Part shown: positions 44,928-64,000 of the stretch, piece by piece
Layout of the letters: every line of letters begins with the position of its first letter
How positions within the stretch are numbered: position 1 is the stretch's first letter
Origin: the human T2T-CHM13v2.0 reference genome, Homo sapiens
Length of the DNA: 64,000 nucleotides
Direction: 5' to 3' (one strand)
Assembly: GCF_009914755.1 (NCBI RefSeq)
Contig: NC_060940.1
Position numbers and translations under genes: made by a program
The notes under the pieces: model-generated
Database searches by the model: none
What the model saw: only the letters and a program-made list of their open reading frames with translations
Told to the model about the DNA's origin: nothing

Positions 44928-45839
44928 TAGAGACGGGGTCTCACTATGTTGCCCAGACTGGTCACAAACTCTGGGCTCAAGCAATCTTCCCACCTCAGCC
45001 TCCCAAGCACTGAGATGACAGGTACGATCCACTGTGCCCAGCTCCCTGGCATTTTTTACTACCAGAAAGCAGGGCCTGAGTGGAGAGGGTAGAATGTTGG
45101 ATCCCTGAATCCCACAGCTATTAATAACAAGCTCTCCCGGCCCCCCACCCCAAGAGTGCTTAGTCTTTTTTTTTTTTAATTGTAGGATTTTCCAGAAACA
45201 TTGATGTAGAGGAAACTGGTTTGGATTTAGTCTCTAAGGGCCCAAGTGAGGGGTCTTGACTAGCTCAAGAGGAAAGGTTAATCTGGAGGGAAGGAAAGCC
45301 GGCACATTCCCCCATCCCAGTGCCACAGTCTGGGGGCCACCTTCCTTCAAGTGTGGTCTGGAAGCCGACAGTGGAGAGGTGGGAGGAGGGAACTTTCATG
45401 GTATTAGTGCAGTGATTAAGTGAGTGACCTACAGTGGTCTACTCATCCTTAAGGGTGAACAACTGAGAGAGGCAGCTTAATGGCAGTCAAACAGATGCAG
45501 TCCTTCATTATGGCCTTCAGCAGGATCATCTGACCCACAGTCAGCCTTTGGGTCAGATTAAAAACTAACCATCAGCTTTGGGAGGAAGCTTCCAAGTTCA
45601 ATAATGCATCTGACTGAGCACAAATTAACATCAAGATGGTTTTGTCTATTTCAGCTCTGGGTGTAAAAACTGCCTTTTATTGTGGAAGCCCCTACTCTGG
45701 GGTATGCCCTTTATTTCCATTTCATTCTTCCTGTAAGCATATATTTCGCATCTGCATAGATCAGGCACTGTTCCACAACTTCAACTAAAGCAATGAACAA
45801 AACGAAGTCCCTGCCCTTGGGGAGCTTACAGTCTAGTAA

Positions 45840-48305
<2,466 letters not shown>

Positions 48306-48859
48306 ATTTAGTAATTTTCTGTGCTTATGGGCTGCCCTGCAAAGCAGTTGTTGATAATTTCCACTTAGCTGTAAAATGAGGTTGAGGAAGTCAGTGAGAG
48401 GTCACTGGTGCAACAAACAGAAGGCCAGGAATTAAACCCTGGTGTTTTGCCTCCACAGCCCAGGGAGATATCCATAAATGTGGCTCCGAGGAGTGAATGG
48501 GAACTGGACCTTCAAGCCTAGCAGGCCGCTTTCCTGGCTTAGCAGCAGAGTAGGGTTAACTTGCTGAAAACTCTGTCCTGCATCACCAGTAGCTTGTGCC
48601 TGGGGAGCAGGTCTCAAACCTCTAGTCTCCCTTCCCATTTCCTCATATGCCACTGTGTTCCTAGGTTACCCAGTGCAGGGTGCTCTCACCTCCCTGCTGC
48701 ACAAGGAAGGCATTGCTTATGACAAGCAAAGAGTTTCTAGGGCCAGAAACTATACCTCTGCAAAGCATTTGGAGGATGATGGAAGAGGAGGGAGGAAGGG
48801 CCTCCCCAGCTCCCATCAGTTGAGGCTTTGGTCCTGAGGCTGAACAGTCTCCATTCAGA

Positions 48860-49330
48860 GACTCGATGTTATTGAAGAATAACAAATGTAGACAAAAGTG
48901 CCGAAATGATGAGTGTGCAGCCCGATGAACATCGCAAACTTAAAACCCCTGTGTTTCTGGCGCACAGATCAAGAAACAGCATTACCAGAGCCTTGGATGC
49001 CCCCTCCCTCCTAATTTCAACCTTCTCTCAAGATAACCACTCTTCTGACTTCTGAGTACCACAGGTGAATTTGCCTGCATTTGAACTTTCTGTAAGAGGA
49101 TCATACAATTATCTTAGCTCTGGCTGCTTTCATGGCACCATTGAGAGATTCTTGCGTAATTCTGGATGTAGTTCTAGTTGATTCTCATTGTATAGTATTT
49201 CATTATGTGACTATCCACAATTCTGCTGTTGATGGGCATTTCAGTAGTTTCCATTTTGTGCAAATCTTCTAGTGACCTGTGCACCCCTATTTGTTAGTTA
49301 TACACCTGGGGCACAATTGCTGGGTTAACT
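48860..49330 (-). mobile_element. Old L1M (MC/ME-like) fragment
   Basis: gataaccactcttctgacttct...tagtatttcattatgtgactatccacaatt...ctgttgatgggcattt. Confidence 0.6.
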
Positions 49331-49499
49331 GATTACCTGAGGATTCCAGTACTGTGATCCTGGACTGAGATATCAGCTCCTCTCTGTTCTGAAGTAGTGA
49401 GGTGTCTTCTGCATTCTCCCACCCCAACAGTCTCCCTGCCAGACCCCACCCCCTTTCCGGAGTCTTGATTTTCATCTGGCCCTATGCTAAGAGACAGCA

Positions 49500-52150
<2,651 letters not shown>

Positions 52151-53558
52151 AAGAGATTGAGGGGGAGGTGGGAAAGGAGTGATATAGAGTCACATAGGAG
52201 AGGCTGCTGACATGTTCTTGGAGAAACCTCGAGGAACTGATGTCCAAGCTGGCAGCCAAGGAAGAAGAATTAGGCAAGGGAGTTGGGCATGAGAGGTGGC
52301 ATAGAGTGTTCTGGCAGAGGAACAACACCAGGGTTCCAGGGACTTGGATACATTGAATCTGGCTGGATCATGGAGTGTGAGGTGGGGAGAGCCAGTGAGG
52401 CATAGGCAGGGTCCAGCCCCGCTTGAAATTTGTCTCACCCCATAACAGAGGCAGCAAAGTGTTTGGGGAAATCCCAGTTGTACCAGTATGGAGACAATGG
52501 CTGAAGTCCCAGTTGTACCAGTATGGAGGCCAGGGTCTCTGAAGTCTTCCCTGGAACCAGGATATTGGCCCCCACTCCCAGCAACCCTTCTCAACTCCCC
52601 TCCCGATTCTCAGACTGGAGGACCATGTCTGCCTCAGTTGCCTTTTTCTCATTTCATTTAGTCACCTGGCATTGCCAACCCAGGCAGCAGGGCTGGCAAG
52701 GAAGGGCTGTGAAAACTCACCACCACCACCCAGATACCACCTAATAGCTTACTGAATTCCAGAATCACACTATGTACTTTATGTAATAAGCCCCTTTAAT
52801 CCTCCTAAAAGCCCCATGAGGTGGGTGGAATTGGCCCCATTTAACAGGATAGGAAACCTCGGCTTGTCACTTTGTAACTATCTAAGGTCACCCAGCTAAT
52901 AAATTGTGGTGTCACATTTTGAACACAGGTGTGACCCCCTAAGTATGAGGCACTGACCATTTGGCAATCAGGGTGGGAAAGGGAAAGATATTTGGAGTCT
53001 TCTGGCCCCAGCCAAATTAGAGGAAGATTGGAAATAGTTAACTTCTGACCCAAGGGCTTTGAATTCCTATTCTCTCCACAGGCCCCTGCTAATCGCCAGG
53101 AGGGTTGGGGTTGGCAGGCACTTCTGCCCAGGACCTCTGGCCTCCCTTTTAAGATATGGGGGAACAGGGAGGGTTCAGATACCAGGTCTGAGAGCACTCA
53201 AACTGACAGCCCTCTGCAGAGAACTGTCACCCCACCCCCACCTGCCTCCAGCAGCAAAGACCTCCCACCTCTTGCTCTGGGTAGAAGAGCTTGACAGACC
53301 CTTCCTCACTCGCTCCTCCTCCCCCAGCCAAATCTGGGCATCCTCAGGGCTCTGGGTTACCTAGAGCATCAGAGGTCTGCAAATTCCTCCAGCTGACAGA
53401 ATTCCCTCCAGGCTGCAGCTGCCTCTGTCTGCTGGACTTAAGAGTGTTGGGGACCTGCTGCTTGGGCAGTGAACCAGAATGCCTCACCTGGGGAAAGAAA
53501 GCCAAACGGGCTCGGTGTGATGGCTGGCACCTGTAATCCCAGCACTTTGGGAGGCCTA

Positions 53559-53879
<321 letters not shown>

Positions 53880-55561
53880 TCAGAGCCAAGGCCACAGAGC
53901 TAGGAGGTGGGAGGGCTGGTGGGCTGCCTCCCTTCGTGAGAGCCTCTCCAGGTGCTACTGAACCCCAAGAGGAAAGATCTGTTTTTCCCTAGGACTCTGA
54001 GGCATCTTAGGGCTAAATGGGGAGATGGGGAATGGGGAGGTATAATCCCAGGCCCTCTTCTTCTCCTTCAATCTCAGTAGCCCCCCTTTTGTTGAAGACC
54101 ACTTTAAAGTTGGAAGTTACCTATTAGCAAGAGACCTTGACAACCTGTGTTGTACGCTAGGAGGAGTAGAAGGTATTTTTGCTTGAGTTCTTACTCTAGG
54201 GTCTCACATTCGCTTTAGGAAGTCGTTGATCCCCAGGAATTAACCGTGCCTAAGAGTGCATGCGCATCTTTCTAAGAAGTCTCCTCCTTCAAATTTGGGG
54301 ACCACAGGTATTCCCCATATCTCCCAGTCTTTTTCTTTCTTTTTTTTTTTTTTTTTTTTAGAGACAGGGTCTCACTATGTTGCCCAGGCTGGTCTTGAAC
54401 TCCTGGCCTCAAGTGATCCACCCGCCTCAGCACCCCAAAGTTGGGATTTCCTGTGTGAGCCATCATTCCTGGCCCCCAGTCATTTTATAGAGAAGCTAGA
54501 ACTACTGTTTAGAGAAATGATTTGCACTTGGGTCCATTTGGAAATTCTTCAGACTCTCGTTAAACCCAGCAGTGGGAAGAGACCTAATGGTATATATCCC
54601 AGCACAGGCAAGGGAAAAATGGATTCTAAGCTGTTTCTCATCCCAAATGATGTGGCCTGAGGCGAGTTACTGAGTCCAAGCTCCTCAGCCTTGAGGCCCT
54701 AACTTCCCTGTGCGTGCATGGGAAATGGCCCTGGAGCTATGAGAGGGCGGCTGGCTGGACTGCTCACTGGCCAGTGAGAGGGCCCAGGTGGAGGGTTCGG
54801 CTGCTCTCCTGGGTGTCTTGCTGAAGGCTGACTGCCTTCTGAGCGGCCTTTGCACAGCGTGCCCCATCTTGTTGTAACTTCAGGCAGGGGAGAAACAGCA
54901 ACTTGTGAGCTCTCCCCACACAAGCCAGGACAGGACGCCAGGCCCACACACTGCCTTCTCCCTGTAGAGTCGCTTCATCCAGGCTTCCCACCGTACTTCG
55001 AAACCTGCTCTTCTCTTGTCTTTTATGGTCTTTTTCCGCTTCCAGAAGTCTCCTGCATTCCTCAGCTGGGACTTAGCCCCACTTCAACTGGTTTATCCCT
55101 GCTTTTGGCCTCTGAGTCAGTAGTTTGCAAGCTTGGCTGGTGATCAAATTGCCTGGGGAGCTTTTTATTTTTTTATCGTCTCCTCCCCAATGTATACCAT
55201 TTTATATTGTTTACATAGGGACGGTTGGTTGGTTGGGATTTCAAATTAATACATGAAAATATGTTCACTGTAAAGACACACTTTTTTCAATAAAAATATG
55301 TGGCACTTACTATGTGACAGATAAAGTTCTTAGTACTTTATATGCATCAGCTCATTTAATCCTCAAACATCCCTTGAGGGAGGTACTATTGTTGTCCCCG
55401 TTTTACAGGTGAGGAAACTGAGGCCAGAGAAGTTAAGTAACTTGCCCAAGATCACACAGCTAAGTAAGTAGTAGAGCTCAGATTCAAACCTAAGCAGACT
55501 GAGCTTACACCACTGAACTCTACTGCCTGTCAATAGAAGCAAGTCAGAAATAAACACATGA

Positions 55562-61700
<6,139 letters not shown>

Positions 61701-61740
61701 AGCACAACACATCATATTTGACCCTAACAAGCACCTGGGG

Positions 61741-61756
61741 GTGTGTGTGTGTGTGT
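61741..61756 (+). repeat. (GT)8 microsatellite
   Basis: Direct reading. Confidence 0.85.
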
Positions 61757-64000
61757 ATTCCCATTTTAGAGACTGGAAATTAAGCAGCAATAAATGGCTT
61801 ACATTTATTGAGTACTTACTGTTAAACAGTTTAGAGATTAAGTGATTGACGCAAGGCTGCAGAGCCAGTACACAGCACTTTTACCTACCAGACCCTTAAT
61901 TGTTACCACAGCTGTCTCAGGTTGATCACTGGGATCTTTGTTCTGGCATGGTCCTTGAGGATGGTAGCCAGTGAGCCAGACAGCACACCTCATGCTGAGT
62001 CAGCCGCGTTCCAAACTCTCAGAGTGCCTAGTTTGGGTTTCACTCTGGGAGGGAAGACTCACCTCCTAAGGGTTATGAGGAACTTGATGAACACAGCAGA
62101 GCTTTCGTCAGCCAAAACTCCCCTGGAACTGCTTTCTCCACCCTCAACGACATGGGGTTGCCATATAATTTTTCTAGTCGGGGGAAAAACTCACATCAAA
62201 TTCTGATTGAAAATCAAATACATGTTTACTGTGGAAAAACTGGAAGGCAAAATGGGGGCCTACCACCCATACGGGACCTTTGTCTTTTCAAAGGAATATT
62301 TGAAATCAATCATCCATTTCCCAATCTTTCCACCTGAGTCTTTGTTGAGGGTATCTGATCTGAGGCAGAGGGCCCGAGTCTGAATGATTTCACCACTCAC
62401 TCTCCAGGCTTGCCTCCCCAGTATCCCAGCTTCCTCTTCTGCTTGGCTGGGTCAGAGAAGGGCTGCAAGCTGAGGCCCTCACACACCCCGTCAGCCCTAT
62501 CTGTGAGAAGATCCAGGTCCAGGGGGCCTGTGTATAGATGGGTGCCATCCGCCAGGTGTAACTGCACTCCACCTGGGTTCTGTTGCCCTCCAAGAGCTGC
62601 TCTGCTTACAGCTCTGGGGAAAAAGGCCTGGACACCCAATAGGTGCACCCAGGGCTCTGGCAGGCCCTTGCAGAGCTGCCCCAAGCTTGCTAGGCAAGGG
62701 CAATGGGCCTCCCAGCATGCCCAGGGGTGGGTCCCAAGTGAATCCAGGAGCCCCAAGGCCTCTTGGGATCCCAGCATGTGCAGCCTCTTCCCCCCACCCC
62801 ACTTTGCTGCCCTATGACCTCTCCCGTGGGTCTCCTCAAAACGGGTCTGGCTCACTGGCCACCATCTTGGTTTTCTTGTGCGTGGAAAATACTTGGTGAC
62901 GGAGAGAGGCAGACCACAGCCTTGGCACCAGGGCTCAGCCCCTCTCTCTCTCTTCTTTTTGGTACAAGAATAAAACTATAAATATTTTATATAATAATTG
63001 TCAGCCTTATGCTATAAATGGCTTTATGACCTGCTTTTTTCCCCCCTCTGCAAAATACTTTTTCCTGGGTAGGTTTTCTTTTATAGTATTTAAGGCTGTA
63101 GATTAGGCATTTGGGTGACTGTGGCACAGCATAATTAACTGTTCTGTTGAGAGTTAGGTTGTTGAGACCTTTTTTTGCTTTTTTTCCCTATTAAGCAAGT
63201 CACGAACATCCTGGCAGGTATGGTTTTGTCACATCTGGGATGGTATCTTGGCACAATTCCTGGGTCAATGGGCTTGTTTAAGGCATTTTAATTTGCCAGA
63301 AAGGTTGTGCCAGTTAATATTCCCCCACCCCTAGCAATATATAGCAGCACCCGGTTCCCAACTGTGACACAGCACTTGCCCTTTTAATTTGTATTTCTTA
63401 GTTGGTGAACTTTTTTCTATATGTAGTTTTACTTAGGAAAAATGCCAGAATCTTTCTTCAAGTCACTTCCACCTACTTTTCCCCGGTGCCCTCTTATCCC
63501 AATCCCTTAACAGAAGGTAGTGATAGCTATAAGGACAAATTTGTTTGTTTTGTGAGCTAGGTATGTCCCTAAAGCAAGCTAGAATAGAAATTTCCTAGGC
63601 AATCTCTTCCCCCAACTCCCCAGGCTGCCTTTTGGCCACAATATGTTTAAGATGATGTTTTCCTTTTCCTCTAGTCAAAATACCCAGAGATCAGTAGGGA
63701 AATTGGTGGAGAGTGATCACTTGATGGACATTTTGTCTACGGAAAGATGGGTGGTTTTATTTTGCCAGAACATCCAGTAATGTTGGACATCAGGACCAGA
63801 TAGCACCTCCAGGAAGAGACAAGCTCCTGACCTTCAAGGGTATTCCCTTGGGAGTATGGAAGTGTCTAGGCAAATTCCAACCTAAAAGCAGGCCTGGAAC
63901 ATAAGAGGAATGAGTTCTTAGCCCAGCATCCATCAATTCTTATAAGTCTATTTAAAAAGCTTTCTTTTCCCAATAGCTCTAGTACCCCAGGGACCAAACT

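Overview
This is primate (very likely human) genomic DNA holding the 5' end of CDH3 (P-cadherin) on the + strand. It contains a CpG-island promoter, coding exon 1 (41671-41715), a 211-bp intron 1, exon 2 (41927-42041) and the first ~22 kb of the long intron 2. Exon 3 is not reached. Intron 2 carries an antisense processed pseudogene of calponin 2 (CNN2; ~45840-48305) with a poly(A) remnant, a target-site duplication (TSD), a lost start codon, two nonsense codons and a frameshift. The rest is extremely Alu-dense (on the order of 80-100 copies or fragments by eye, many nested or inverted), with L2, MIR, old L1M, MaLR/ERVL/MER4 LTRs, hAT DNA transposons and one short young L1PA insertion. Nearly all ORFs in the supplied track are Alu-derived noise. 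I found no convincing new protein-coding system. The most noteworthy unexplained structures are a second promoter-like CpG island ~2.5 kb upstream of CDH3, a 23-bp AT-rich VNTR with GATA and forkhead motifs, two fold-back inverted-repeat scars (19513-19608 and 22945-23346), an L1 fragment captured inside an Alu, and an old local duplication. Repeat family names were assigned by eye and need RepeatMasker/Dfam confirmation; repeat boundaries are approximate.
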